Below the pieces are notes generated by a model. The model was not told where the DNA came from. It saw only the letters and a list, made by a program, of their open reading frames with translations, and did no database searches. Both the position numbers and the translations under genes were made by a program. A stretch of DNA of 64,000 nucleotides, taken from contig CAZFYQ010000001.1 of NCBI GenBank assembly GCA_964523905.1, forward strand, positions 121,739-185,738, read 5' to 3'. Positions 36,804 to 49,707 of this stretch are shown piece after piece. Numbering within the stretch: the stretch's first letter is position 1; the number at the start of each line of letters is the position of its first letter. Source of the stretch: an uncultured Gammaproteobacteria bacterium. Lineage in GTDB: Bacteria; Patescibacteriota; Microgenomatia; Daviesbacterales; UBA10151.

Positions 36804-37858
36804 AGAATTTCCCTAAGCATTAATTTTACATCTTTTAGTGTATGTGTGGGAAAATTAGCAATTCTAATTTGAGATGCTTTATTATCCCCGTATCCTGCTC
36901 CAATTAAAAATCCTTTTTTTGCTAATTTTTTTCTTATTTTTTCTGAATCGTTGTTAACATCAAAGACTAAAGTAGTTGGAGATAAGAATTTCTCAGTTTT
37001 GATGGCTGTAGAATATTTTGAATGATTATTAAAAAAAGCATAAATTAACTTCGCTTTTTGTGTTATTTCCTGTCTGATGTTTTTTATTCCTTTTTTTAGC
37101 ATATCCATTGTAATTTGATTTAGTAAATAAATCCCCAAAACATTGGGAGTTTCTGGAGTCTGATACTTTAAGGCTTTTGAGGATAAATTTAATAAACTAT
37201 GATAGCTTCCGATACTCACACCTTTATCTAAAAGACTTTTTGCTTTTTCCAGCATTTTAGGTCCTACAATCATTACTCCCAAGCCTGCTGGCATACCAAA
37301 TCCTTTTTGTACAGAAAAAAATGCGATATCAACATAACGAAAATCAATTTCTACAAAAGGTACAGATGAAACAATATCAATTGCGATAAGTTTTTCAGGA
37401 AATTTTTTCTTTAAACTATAAATTTCTTCCATTGGAAACCAAAATCCGGTAGAAGTATCATTTTGGGTAATGCAAATAATTTCAGCACTAGCAGGAACTT
37501 CAATATTCTCTAAACTATCTTTTACATCATATGTAATGACATTTTTCCCCAGTTGTTTGGCATATTTTGCCCAGGTATTGCCAAATGAACCAGTGATAAT
37601 ATGGAAGGAATTTTTCTGAACAGTTCCTTGGATAATTCTTTCCATACTTTCTAAAGCAGAAGAGACAAAAAATATTTGATAATTTTCCGGGATGTTCATT
37701 AATCTTTTTAGATTGACAGTTGTATCCTGATACAATTTAGTAAAATCTTTTCCCCGATGACTTATTGACGAAATTTCCAATTCCATAGCCTTTTTCAGAT
37801 GTTTATATAGAGTTGGATAAACTTGTGATGGTCCGACTGTAAAAAAGACTCTTTTCAT
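36800..37858 (-). CDS. serC: Class-V aminotransferase, probable phosphoserine aminotransferase
   Basis: N-terminus 'KRVFFTVGPSQVYP' (compare SerC 'NFSAGPA'). Translationally coupled to the serB-serA fusion. Confidence 0.55.
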   Translation of the reverse strand: MKRVFFTVGPSQVYPTLYKHLKKAMELEISSISHRGKDFTKLYQDTTVNLKRLMNIPENYQIFFVSSALESMERIIQGTVQKNSFHIITGSFGNTWAKYAKQLGKNVITYDVKDSLENIEVPASAEIICITQNDTSTGFWFPMEEIYSLKKKFPEKLIAIDIVSSVPFVEIDFRYVDIAFFSVQKGFGMPAGLGVMIVGPKMLEKAKSLLDKGVSIGSYHSLLNLSSKALKYQTPETPNVLGIYLLNQITMDMLKKGIKNIRQEITQKAKLIYAFFNNHSKYSTAIKTEKFLSPTTLVFDVNNDSEKIRKKLAKKGFLIGAGYGDNKASQIRIANFPTHTLKDVKLMLREIL

Positions 37859-37859
37859 G

Positions 37860-39752
37860 TTAATAGAGAACTCGAAATCTAATAGTATCCGGAATATTTT
37901 TTAAACTATTTAGTACTTTTTTGTTGTATTTTTTATCCACATCAGTAATAACATAACCAATTTGCTCTTCGGTTTTTAAATACTGACCTTTAATATTAAT
38001 TTTTGCTTCTGCTAGAATCCGATTAATTTCTGCCAGAATTCCGGGAACATTTTTATGTAAATGTAATAATCGATGTGACCTTTTCTGTTCTGGTAATTGT
38101 AAATTGGGGAAGTTAACTGATAAATAGGTACTTCCGGAATTTATAAAACTGATGATTTTTTCCGATACAAAGTCAGCAATTTGTCGCTGTGCTTCCTCAG
38201 TAGATCCGGCAATATGTGGGGTTAAGATCACATTTGGTAAATTTTGCAGAATTGATTTAAAGATATCATCTTTTGCTCTTGGTTCCTCAGGGAAGACATC
38301 TATCCCTGCTCCTTGTACTGTGCCTGATTTAAGATATTTAGCTAGAGCTGTAAGATCTACATTTTTGCCCCGGCTTAGATTTAGAAAAATCACTCCTTCT
38401 TTCATTTGCGCAAATTCTTTTTCACTAATGAAATTAATATTAGCTTTATCCCCGCTAATATGTACAGAAATAATATCAGAACTTCTTAAAAGCTCAGATA
38501 AATTATTCATTTTTCTGGCATTTCCCATGGGCAATTTTTCTACAATGTCATAATAGATCACCTGCAGACCAATGCTTTCTGCTAAAACAGAAAGCTGGGA
38601 ACCAATATGACCATAGCCAATTATTCCTAAGGTTTTCCCTCTTATTTCATTTGATCCAAGAGCGGATTTATCCCAAATTCCCTGATGTAACTTATTGTTT
38701 TTTTCAAGGGTTTGTCTCATTAGCATAATCATTTCACCTAAAGCTAGTTCAACAACTGATCTAGTATTTTGAAACGGGGCATTAAAAACAGCAATACCTT
38801 TTTCTGTTAACGCCTCTAAATCCATCTGGTCCGTGCCAATGCAAAATGCTCCAATTACTTTTAATTTATTGGCATTTGTTAAGACTCTTTTGGTAATTTT
38901 GGTTTTGGAGCGAATTCCTAAAATTTGGATATCCTCAATCTTTTTTGATAGTTCAGTTTCGTCCAAGGCATTTTTTAATAATTCTACCTGATAACCTTCT
39001 TTCTCTAGAGCCGTTTTAGCTGATTCCTCGATATTTTCAAGTAGTAAGGCTTTAATTTTTGATTTGGGATAAGAAATTGACATTGGTAAATTTTGACTAA
39101 ATAAAAATTCATCAAAGTTACCCACTATGTGATCTGCAGTCTTGGTAACAGCTTCTCTACTGGCAGTTTCAATATAAGCAATAAATTTCTTTGCAGCTCC
39201 CAAATTCTTTATTTGTAAATCAGTAAAACCATCACCTAAGACAATAATCTCGCCATTTAATCTAAGACTTTTTACGGCCGTGACTTTTCCGTTATTCTTA
39301 GAAAGAGGATTCTTACTTTCAAATCCTAAAACAGTTCCCTTTTTATCAAATCTAAATGAATTAGCTAGAATATGATTTCTGGGAATGCCAAGTTTATTGG
39401 CAATCGGTTCTACATATTCAATAAAACCGCCGGTGATCAGATAGACACTATCCTTATAATTTTTGAAAAACTTTTTATTTCGCAGTACTGATGGTGAAAT
39501 TTTCCTTTTTAGGATCTTTGTGACATTCTGAATATGAGATTTATTAATTTTAAGTAGGGAAATTCTCTTTTGGAGACTTTCTTGAAACCCAATTTTTCCC
39601 TCCATACCTTTGGCCGTAAATTCCTGGATTTTTTTTAATACTGAATCTTTTTGAGGATTATTTTTTAAAACAATTTTTGCAAGCTCGTCAAATCCCTCGG
39701 TCTGAATAATAGTTGAATCAAAATCAATAATAAAATACTGCTTGTCCATCAA
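37860..39752 (-). CDS. serA: Fusion protein: phosphoserine phosphatase (HAD) joined to D-3-phosphoglycerate dehydrogenase with a C-terminal ACT domain
   Basis: HAD motifs 'IIDFDSTI' and 'GDGFTD'. NAD-binding 'GIIGYGHIGSQL'. ACT-like C-terminus 'VPGILAEINRILAEAKINI'. Confidence 0.7.
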   Translation of the reverse strand: MMDKQYFIIDFDSTIIQTEGFDELAKIVLKNNPQKDSVLKKIQEFTAKGMEGKIGFQESLQKRISLLKINKSHIQNVTKILKRKISPSVLRNKKFFKNYKDSVYLITGGFIEYVEPIANKLGIPRNHILANSFRFDKKGTVLGFESKNPLSKNNGKVTAVKSLRLNGEIIVLGDGFTDLQIKNLGAAKKFIAYIETASREAVTKTADHIVGNFDEFLFSQNLPMSISYPKSKIKALLLENIEESAKTALEKEGYQVELLKNALDETELSKKIEDIQILGIRSKTKITKRVLTNANKLKVIGAFCIGTDQMDLEALTEKGIAVFNAPFQNTRSVVELALGEMIMLMRQTLEKNNKLHQGIWDKSALGSNEIRGKTLGIIGYGHIGSQLSVLAESIGLQVIYYDIVEKLPMGNARKMNNLSELLRSSDIISVHISGDKANINFISEKEFAQMKEGVIFLNLSRGKNVDLTALAKYLKSGTVQGAGIDVFPEEPRAKDDIFKSILQNLPNVILTPHIAGSTEEAQRQIADFVSEKIISFINSGSTYLSVNFPNLQLPEQKRSHRLLHLHKNVPGILAEINRILAEAKINIKGQYLKTEEQIGYVITDVDKKYNKKVLNSLKNIPDTIRFRVLY

Positions 39753-39767
39753 TATTTGGGCAAGTAA

Positions 39768-42475
<2,708 letters not shown>

Positions 42476-42529
42476 GCCGCAATTTTAACATAATAAAACT
42501 ATGCCCTAAATCTTTAGGGCCTACTGCCA

Positions 42530-44218
42530 ATGGCTAATACAATTGAGGATCTTTTATTACAGCAAGGTTTACTGACTCCTGATCAAGTATCGGCTTTAAA
42601 ACTGGAGAGTATTAATTCCGGTCAGACGATCGATAAACTATTGCTCTCCCATAATTTGGTTTCACCTGATAAGGTCGCGGCTGCCAAAGCCCAAATGCTA
42701 AATATCCCTTTTGTTAAGCTTGAAGGTAAAGGTATATCTGCGGATATACTAAACATGATTCCTGAGCCAGCTGCTCAACGTTACCGTATTATTCCCTTTG
42801 AAAAATCAAATAATGAGTTATGGGTCGCTATGGAAGATCCATTGGATGTGCAGGTGATTCAATTTATTGAAAAAAGAAGCGGCATGAGAATCAAGCCCTT
42901 TTTAGCATTAAAAGATGATATTTTAAAAGCCATTGATGAACAGTACGCTCAAACTTTGACTACAGATGTAACTTCAGCTTTGCGTGAGGTACAGTCAGTC
43001 AAAACAGAAACCACGGCGGAGGAAAACACCGAAGTTATTCGCGAAGCTCCAGTTTCTAATATAGTTAAACAACTACTGGAGTATGCCATTAAATCAAGAG
43101 CTTCGGACATTCATATTGAGCCTCAAGAAGACAGGGTTATTGTTAGATACAGGATTGATGGGATTCTGCAAGAGAAAATACTGCTCCCTAAAGGTGTTCA
43201 TGATGCCTTAATTTCCCGCATTAAAATTCTTTCTGTTTTAAAAATTGATGAAAAAAGATTGCCTCAAGATGGTCGTTTTACTTTTAATGATGGGCAAAAT
43301 GAGGTTGATCTTCGTGTTTCAATCATACCTACTGTTTATGGTGAAAAGGTAGTGTTACGGCTACTGCCTAAATCAACTGCCGCACCTACTTTTGTGGAAC
43401 TTGGCATCAGAGGTGTTGCTTTAAAGGCATTAGAGTCTCAACTATTGCGGTCCCACGGAATTATTTTAATTTGTGGCCCAACTGGTTCAGGTAAAACCAC
43501 AACTTTGTATTCCATTCTGACAAAGGTTTCCACCAGTAAAGTGAATGTGGTTACTATTGAAGATCCGGTTGAATATCAAATTAACGGAGTGAATCAAGTT
43601 CAGGTTAATCAGGGTATTGGACTGACTTTTGCTGCTGCTTTACGAAGTTTTTTACGACAAGACCCTAATGTGATCATGGTTGGTGAGGTTCGTGATACCG
43701 AAACAGCAGAATTGGCAATTCAGGCAGCTTTAACCGGGCATCAGGTATTTTCTACAGTTCATACTAATTCTGCAGCTGGTGCTCCTCCCCGTTTGGTTGA
43801 CATGGGTGTTGAGCCGTTTCTTTTAACATCAGCTCTTAATTGTACGGTTGGTCAGCGGGTAGTTAGAAAAATTTGTACATATTGCAAAGTGGAATTTAAT
43901 ATTCCTGCGGAATTAACTAACACTGTCAAGGCTGTATTGGGTGCATATTTACCAACCACTACTCCGGTAATGAAACTGTATAAAGGTAAAGGTTGTAAAG
44001 CCTGTGGCGGCACTGGCTATTTGGGCAGAATTGGTATTTATGAAGTGTTGGTCATCACTGATGCCATTGCTAAGCTTATTCTGGAAAGTGCCACCTCTAA
44101 TAAAATAGAGGAAGCGGCAATCAGTGCCGGAATGGTAACCATGAAACAAGATGGATATTTAAAAGCCTTGGAAGGGATCACGACCCTAGAGGAGGTCTTA
44201 AGGGTGGCACAGGACTGA
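42530..44218 (+). CDS. pilB: Type IV pilus assembly ATPase (GspE/PilB family)
   Basis: N-terminal GSPII_E_N-like domain, Walker A 'GPTGSGKTTTLYS', tetra-Cys 'CTYC...CKACGGTG'. Confidence 0.85.
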   Translation: MANTIEDLLLQQGLLTPDQVSALKLESINSGQTIDKLLLSHNLVSPDKVAAAKAQMLNIPFVKLEGKGISADILNMIPEPAAQRYRIIPFEKSNNELWVAMEDPLDVQVIQFIEKRSGMRIKPFLALKDDILKAIDEQYAQTLTTDVTSALREVQSVKTETTAEENTEVIREAPVSNIVKQLLEYAIKSRASDIHIEPQEDRVIVRYRIDGILQEKILLPKGVHDALISRIKILSVLKIDEKRLPQDGRFTFNDGQNEVDLRVSIIPTVYGEKVVLRLLPKSTAAPTFVELGIRGVALKALESQLLRSHGIILICGPTGSGKTTTLYSILTKVSTSKVNVVTIEDPVEYQINGVNQVQVNQGIGLTFAAALRSFLRQDPNVIMVGEVRDTETAELAIQAALTGHQVFSTVHTNSAAGAPPRLVDMGVEPFLLTSALNCTVGQRVVRKICTYCKVEFNIPAELTNTVKAVLGAYLPTTTPVMKLYKGKGCKACGGTGYLGRIGIYEVLVITDAIAKLILESATSNKIEEAAISAGMVTMKQDGYLKALEGITTLEEVLRVAQD

Positions 44219-45270
44219 TGAATATTCAACAGCTTTTGGAATTAACAGTTGAGCGAAATGCCTCCGACCTTCATCTATCAGTTGGTTTTCCCCCAATGCT
44301 TCGGATCCAGGGCGATATGCTTGCTATCACTGGCGAAGAAAGGTGTACTCCACAGCAAATTGAAAGTTTACTTTTGCCTTTGCTAACCGATATTCAAAAA
44401 CAAATTTATCAACAGAATCTGGAGTTGGATTTCTCCTTTGAATTTGAATCTAAAGCTCGGTTTAGAGCTAGCGTTTACATGCAAAAGGGTTATTCGGCTA
44501 TTGCCTTACGACTGATTCCTCTAAAAATTCCTCTATTAGAAGAATTAGGATTACCCATGGTTGTTAGCAAACTAACTGAGTTAAAACAGGGTTTTGTTTT
44601 GGTGACCGGGCCAACTGGTCATGGAAAAACTACTACTCTAGCCTCTTTTCTTAATAAAATAAATTTGGAAAGAGCCACCCATATAATCACTGTTGAAGAC
44701 CCGATTGAATATGTCTATCCTCAGGGTAAAGCCTTAATTGAACAAAGGGAAATGTTTAAAGACACTCGGTCTTGGGGGAATGCTTTGAGAGCGGCGCTCA
44801 GGGAAGATCCGGACGTAGTGTTAGTTGGAGAAATGAGGGATTTGGAAACAATTTCTTCTGCTATTACCATTGCTGAAACCGGTCATTTAGTTTTAGCAAC
44901 GCTGCATACTAATTCGGCATCTCAAGCAGTTGATCGTATTATTGATGTTTTTCCAGAAGTGGCTCAGCCTCAAGTTAGATTACAGTTGGCATCCACACTT
45001 GAGGCTATTCTCTCCCTTCGTTTGATCCCCACTATTGAACCAGGCCGTGCCTTAGCTTATGAACTACTGTTTGCCACACCGGCCGTTCGCAATTTAATTC
45101 GTGAAGCGAAGTCATACTTAATTGATAGTACCATTGAAACCTCTGCTGAGCTGGGAATGCAAACTTTGGAAAGGTCTTTGGCAGATTTGGTCAGAAATGG
45201 AAAAATTACTGAGGAAGTAGCTTCCAGGTATGCGCTTCGGCCTGGTTTGTTAGCCAAGCTGCTTAAATAA
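44218..45270 (+). CDS. pilT: Type IV pilus retraction ATPase
   Basis: 'GPTGHGKTTTLASF' and 'AIALRLIP'. ATGA overlap with pilB. Confidence 0.85.
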   Translation: MNIQQLLELTVERNASDLHLSVGFPPMLRIQGDMLAITGEERCTPQQIESLLLPLLTDIQKQIYQQNLELDFSFEFESKARFRASVYMQKGYSAIALRLIPLKIPLLEELGLPMVVSKLTELKQGFVLVTGPTGHGKTTTLASFLNKINLERATHIITVEDPIEYVYPQGKALIEQREMFKDTRSWGNALRAALREDPDVVLVGEMRDLETISSAITIAETGHLVLATLHTNSASQAVDRIIDVFPEVAQPQVRLQLASTLEAILSLRLIPTIEPGRALAYELLFATPAVRNLIREAKSYLIDSTIETSAELGMQTLERSLADLVRNGKITEEVASRYALRPGLLAKLLK

Positions 45271-45273
45271 TTT

Positions 45274-46473
45274 ATGGAATATATTTACCGTGCCAAAACT
45301 AGTAACGGAGAATATCACTCCGGATCTGTTCAGGCATCAGATGTTCATTCAGCAGCTTTAATTCTTCGGAAAAAAGGTTTAGTAGTTATTAGCTTAAAAT
45401 CAAAAAAACCGGGTTTTGATAAATTTTTCGACAGCATATTTAATCGGGTTAGCTTTAGTGAATTGGTGGTACTGACTCGGCAACTAGCTACAATGGTAAA
45501 AGCCGGTTTGGTACTTTCAAATGCGATTGATATTCTAGAAGAACAGCAAACCAATAAAATTTTGAAAAAAGCCTTGCAAGAAATCTCGCAGGATATCAAG
45601 GGAGGTTTAACTTTGGCTCAGGCATTTGGTAGGTATCCTGATATTTTCCCTAAGCTTTATGTTAATTTAATTAAATCAGGTGAAACTTCTGGTAAGCTAG
45701 ATCAGGTACTAGTGCAAATGGCTGAAGGCTTAGAAAAGCAACGGGAATTTCAAGCTAGAGTAAAAGGGGCGATGATTTATCCAATTGTGGTTTTAGGCAT
45801 GATGGGAGGAGTGATTATCATTATGATGGTATTTGTTATTCCCAAACTAATTACTTTATATCAGCAATCAACAATTGAATTGCCTCTGCCCACCAGAATT
45901 TTGATTTTTACTTCGAATTTATTTGTGAATTTTTGGTGGCTCGGTATTATTATCATTATTACTTCAGTGGTCGTTTTTAATAGATGGAATAAGACTGAGG
46001 AACATAAATATATTGTGGCCAAATTGCTACTTAAGGTACCAATTGTAGGAAAAATTATTACCGGAGTTGCTTTAACAGATTTTAATCGAACTTTTGGTCT
46101 GCTAACTTCAGCAGGTATTCCGCTTTTGGATTCAATTGGAATTGTTTCAGATATGACTGATAATTCAGTTTTTAAAAAAACCCTAAAAGAAGCATATACT
46201 GGAGTAGAAAGAGGACTCCCCTTTTCCACATTACTTTCCAGCAATGTCTTTCCTAAGATTGTCGGACAAATGGTTCGGGTTGGTGAAGAAACCGGTAAAG
46301 TTGATGAAGTCTTTTTTACTTTGGCCAACTATTTTGAGTCTGAATCAGATAACTTAATCAAAAATCTGACTGTAGCAATTGAACCAATTGTGCTAATTAT
46401 CCTAGGTATTGGTGTGGGGTTTTTAGTGATCTCCATTATTTTGCCAATATACAAATTGACAACGTCATTTTAA
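45274..46473 (+). CDS. pilC: Type IV pilus platform protein (T2SS F family)
   Basis: Two T2SSF repeats and three TM helices. Confidence 0.85.
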   Translation: MEYIYRAKTSNGEYHSGSVQASDVHSAALILRKKGLVVISLKSKKPGFDKFFDSIFNRVSFSELVVLTRQLATMVKAGLVLSNAIDILEEQQTNKILKKALQEISQDIKGGLTLAQAFGRYPDIFPKLYVNLIKSGETSGKLDQVLVQMAEGLEKQREFQARVKGAMIYPIVVLGMMGGVIIIMMVFVIPKLITLYQQSTIELPLPTRILIFTSNLFVNFWWLGIIIIITSVVVFNRWNKTEEHKYIVAKLLLKVPIVGKIITGVALTDFNRTFGLLTSAGIPLLDSIGIVSDMTDNSVFKKTLKEAYTGVERGLPFSTLLSSNVFPKIVGQMVRVGEETGKVDEVFFTLANYFESESDNLIKNLTVAIEPIVLIILGIGVGFLVISIILPIYKLTTSF

Positions 46474-46563
46474 GCAGAGTTGGCTACTTGACTAAGTAGG
46501 TGAAGTTATGAATAAAATGGACTTACTAGTAGATAAATCTTTTTTGAAGGGAGGTGAATACGA

Positions 46564-47124
46564 TTGAAAAAAACTGTCCAAGTTTTAACTAACAAAAAAC
46601 ATAATGGTTTTACTTTAGTTGAACTTTTAGTTGTTATCGCAATTATTGCTATTTTAGCAGCGGTTGTTGTTTTGATCATTAATCCTCTTGAATTAACAAA
46701 ACGAGGAAGAGATGCGGCACGACTGTCTGATTTAGCAAACCTACAAAACGCTATTAATGTAGCTGTTCAAGAATCAAGTGGCTCTGGAACTGTTGCAGTG
46801 CTTTGTAAGGTTTCTGGTACTTACCCATGTAGCGGATCTTCCAATACTGGTACAAGAGTTGCAGATGGTACGGGTTGGGTAAAAGTAGACCTCTCAACAC
46901 AAAAGAGTGTCTCAGTGCCAACTCTACCAGCTGATCCAGTTAATGATTCTGCTCATCACTACACTTACTGTGCAGATAATGATAGTTGGGAAATTGATAC
47001 TGCCTTAGAATCATCCCAACAAGGAAGTAAGATGATTAATGATGGTGGTAATGATCCAGCTATTTACGAAGTCGGATCAAGCCTTAGCTTGATTGCAACT
47101 TCAGGTGGAAGCTGTACTTACTAA
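46564..47124 (+). CDS. Type IV pilin (candidate major pilin), TTG start with a strong SD
   Basis: Class III signal 'NGFTLVELLVVIAIIAILAAVV' (G|FTLVE with E at +5). The SD GGGAGGTG lies 8 nt upstream of the TTG. The gene sits between pilC and pilD. Confidence 0.65.
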   Translation: MKKTVQVLTNKKHNGFTLVELLVVIAIIAILAAVVVLIINPLELTKRGRDAARLSDLANLQNAINVAVQESSGSGTVAVLCKVSGTYPCSGSSNTGTRVADGTGWVKVDLSTQKSVSVPTLPADPVNDSAHHYTYCADNDSWEIDTALESSQQGSKMINDGGNDPAIYEVGSSLSLIATSGGSCTY

Positions 47125-47195
47125 ACTAAAAGCCCTTTTTGCAGCACTGTTTTTCGGAAACGAGGAAAAAGAGCAAGAGGGCTTTTTGGTAGATT

Positions 47196-48116
47196 GTGAT
47201 TATTATGGAAATATTGAGATTGATTATTACTCTGTTTGGATTTGTTCTCGGCAGTATCTTAGGCAGTTTTGCTAAAGCACTGGCAGATCGCAGTTTGAAA
47301 TTTCAAACCTTCTTTGGCAGATCAAAGTGTCCCAAGTGCAAGCATCCCTTAAATTGGTATGATCTTTTTCCGATATTGTCCTATGTCTTACTTAAAGGTC
47401 AGTGCCGCTATTGCCACAAAAAATTGGGCAATGAGTATTTATTAGTAGAACTGGCAGTGGGAATTTTAATTGGATTTTTGTTTTATCAGGAAACTGCTTA
47501 TTTTCAATTTTCTGCGGTAAATTTCCAGTTTTCACTGGTATTGCTTGATCTAGTATTTAAAGCCTTTTTTGTGACTATTCTAACTGCGCTTTTTTTAACA
47601 GACTTAAAAAAGATGTTTATTCCTGATCGGATTATTATTACTGCCATCTGGATTAGTGTTGGTTACCTTGTTGTAACTACAGTTTATAAAATAGTTTATT
47701 TTTACTTCCTGTTAAATCGAACCTATTTGGGTAAATTGTTGTTGCCTCCTCATACAGATTATTTTCAAAGACATTCTTTTATGTTAGCTGAACCACTTTT
47801 AACTGGAATCTTGTTGGGGATAGCCGTCGGGGGGTTTTTCTTGGCCCTTATTCTTGCCACCAAAGGTAAAGGTATGGGAGGGGGAGATGTAAAGCTAGGA
47901 GCTTTCATGGGACTTGTTTTGGGTTTCCCCAACTCCCTACTGGCTTTAGTAGTAGCTTTTGTATCCGGTGCTGTTATTTCATTAGTGTTAATTGTTGGGA
48001 AAAAAAAGCACTTTAAATCCCAAGTTCCATTTGGTCCGTTTTTAGTTTTTGGTAGTCTAGTAGCCTTGTTCTGGGGTGATTTGATCGTAAATTGGTACTT
48101 AAAACTGGGCCCTTGA
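47196..48116 (+). CDS. pilD: Prepilin peptidase (A24 family)
   Basis: N-terminal Zn-binding 'CPKCKHPL...CRYC' and the polytopic peptidase A24 domain. Confidence 0.8.
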   Translation: MIIMEILRLIITLFGFVLGSILGSFAKALADRSLKFQTFFGRSKCPKCKHPLNWYDLFPILSYVLLKGQCRYCHKKLGNEYLLVELAVGILIGFLFYQETAYFQFSAVNFQFSLVLLDLVFKAFFVTILTALFLTDLKKMFIPDRIIITAIWISVGYLVVTTVYKIVYFYFLLNRTYLGKLLLPPHTDYFQRHSFMLAEPLLTGILLGIAVGGFFLALILATKGKGMGGGDVKLGAFMGLVLGFPNSLLALVVAFVSGAVISLVLIVGKKKHFKSQVPFGPFLVFGSLVALFWGDLIVNWYLKLGP

Positions 48117-48172
48117 CAACATTATTTATTTATTCTAATAATTAGTACATAAGCTAAAAACTTAAAAAAGTC

Positions 48173-48676
48173 ATGAAAAAATATCTGCCCCAATCTCTCG
48201 GTTTCACCCTTATTGAACTTTTAGTTGTTATCGCAATTATCGCTGTTTTAGCTGTCATGGGATTTGCTGCTTACACTGGTTTAACCAACAGAGGTAATGA
48301 TGCCAGAAGAGTTGCTGACATGAAAGCCTTTGCTGATGCAATGGAGGTTAAAAGAGGTACTTCTGCAAATTACAGCACTAATGCATTAGCAGCTACGGAT
48401 TTTTCAACTGGTGCTTTTCCTGTTGAACCTGTTACTGGCAGAGCAGCAAAATATTGCTACCAGGATAGTACAACTACACCAGTTGCTAACCCATCTGTTG
48501 CTAATTGGGGAACTTTGAATGCTGCTGGATGTCCTACTGCTCCTGGTACCTGGGTCACTGCAAACGGTGTTGGTCCTTCAGTCACAGCTGGTGCCTTATA
48601 CTTTAAGTTCTGTACCATCAATGAGGCAAATCAAGGAGCAGGTGGTGCTGTAATTTGCCAAGGTAGCAGACAGTAA
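48173..48676 (+). CDS. Type IV pilin
   Basis: 'MKKYLPQSLGFTLIELLVVIAIIAVLAV'. Confidence 0.65.
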   Translation: MKKYLPQSLGFTLIELLVVIAIIAVLAVMGFAAYTGLTNRGNDARRVADMKAFADAMEVKRGTSANYSTNALAATDFSTGAFPVEPVTGRAAKYCYQDSTTTPVANPSVANWGTLNAAGCPTAPGTWVTANGVGPSVTAGALYFKFCTINEANQGAGGAVICQGSRQ

Positions 48677-48689
48677 TTTTTCTGCGGAT

Positions 48690-49127
48690 ATGAAAAAATA
48701 TCTGCCCCAATCTCTCGGTTTCACCCTTATAGAATTAATGGTTGTTATTACTATTATTGCTATTTTATCCACCACTGGTTTAGTTTATTATGGCAATTTT
48801 GAAAGAAGCTCCCGGGATGCCAGAAGACAATCTGATTTGAAATTTATTCAGTCGGCTTTGGAAGATTATCATGCAGATCAGCTATACTATCCTATTGCTT
48901 CTGCTGTAACTCCAGGTAGTTCTTTAACAGGCGGTGGCAAAACTTATATAACTACGGTACCAAACGATCCTCAGCCTCCCGCAAGCTATAATTATGCGCC
49001 TTCTGGCTGTACGGGTAGTCAATGTACAGGTTACTGTCTTTATGCACAACTGGAGAATACTACCTTAACTAGTGATCCTGGATGCACTCCTCCAACCGGT
49101 TATAACTATGGTGTTACTAGACCATGA
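48690..49127 (+). CDS. Type IV pilin, a tandem paralog whose first 41 nt are identical to the previous gene
   Basis: 'MKKYLPQSLGFTLIELMVVITIIAIL'. Nucleotides 48690-48730 are identical to 48173-48213. Confidence 0.65.
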   Translation: MKKYLPQSLGFTLIELMVVITIIAILSTTGLVYYGNFERSSRDARRQSDLKFIQSALEDYHADQLYYPIASAVTPGSSLTGGGKTYITTVPNDPQPPASYNYAPSGCTGSQCTGYCLYAQLENTTLTSDPGCTPPTGYNYGVTRP

Positions 49128-49152
49128 GTCAATAATGTGCTACGTTTAGAGT

Positions 49153-49707
49153 ATGCCTGCCAATGGTTATAGTTTAATTGAGCTATTAGTAGTTCTGGTG
49201 ATAATGTCTTTAATTGGAGTAGTTGGCTATGTTAGTTACAAACAGTTTTCTTCAGCTCAAGTTAATACTACCGGAATCAGCCAGATCCAATCTGTTTTAA
49301 GACTTGCTCAAACTAATGCGACATCTTCTAGTATCTGTCCTGGTGGTTCTGGTCCTGGTTCCTGGTCTGTTAGTTTTTATCAATCTTATTTTACCTTAAA
49401 TTGTTTTTCTGGAGATCCTGTTTCTCCAACTCCTGCCGCTCCAGTTACTTATAATTTTTCCGGTGCTAAGATTAGCGATATTCTAGGGTCCAGTTGTGGG
49501 AATACCTCTATCCCCCTTTCTACCAGCCCCCTTCTTACTGTAAATTACAATAATTTGGGTGCATTAACTTTTTCCTCAACAGGAGCCTTGCCTGCCTGTC
49601 TACAGTCAGCATATTGGACATTTACTGTTGATAACCTCGCAGGCGGTACTCCAAGCAAGAAATTTAGTATTTCGAAAGGAGGGGCAGTTGATATCCAAAG
49701 TCCATAA
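49153..49707 (+). CDS. Pilin-like (pseudopilin / minor pilin)
   Basis: 'NGYSLIELLVVLVIMSLIGVVG'. Confidence 0.55.
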   Translation: MPANGYSLIELLVVLVIMSLIGVVGYVSYKQFSSAQVNTTGISQIQSVLRLAQTNATSSSICPGGSGPGSWSVSFYQSYFTLNCFSGDPVSPTPAAPVTYNFSGAKISDILGSSCGNTSIPLSTSPLLTVNYNNLGALTFSSTGALPACLQSAYWTFTVDNLAGGTPSKKFSISKGGAVDIQSP

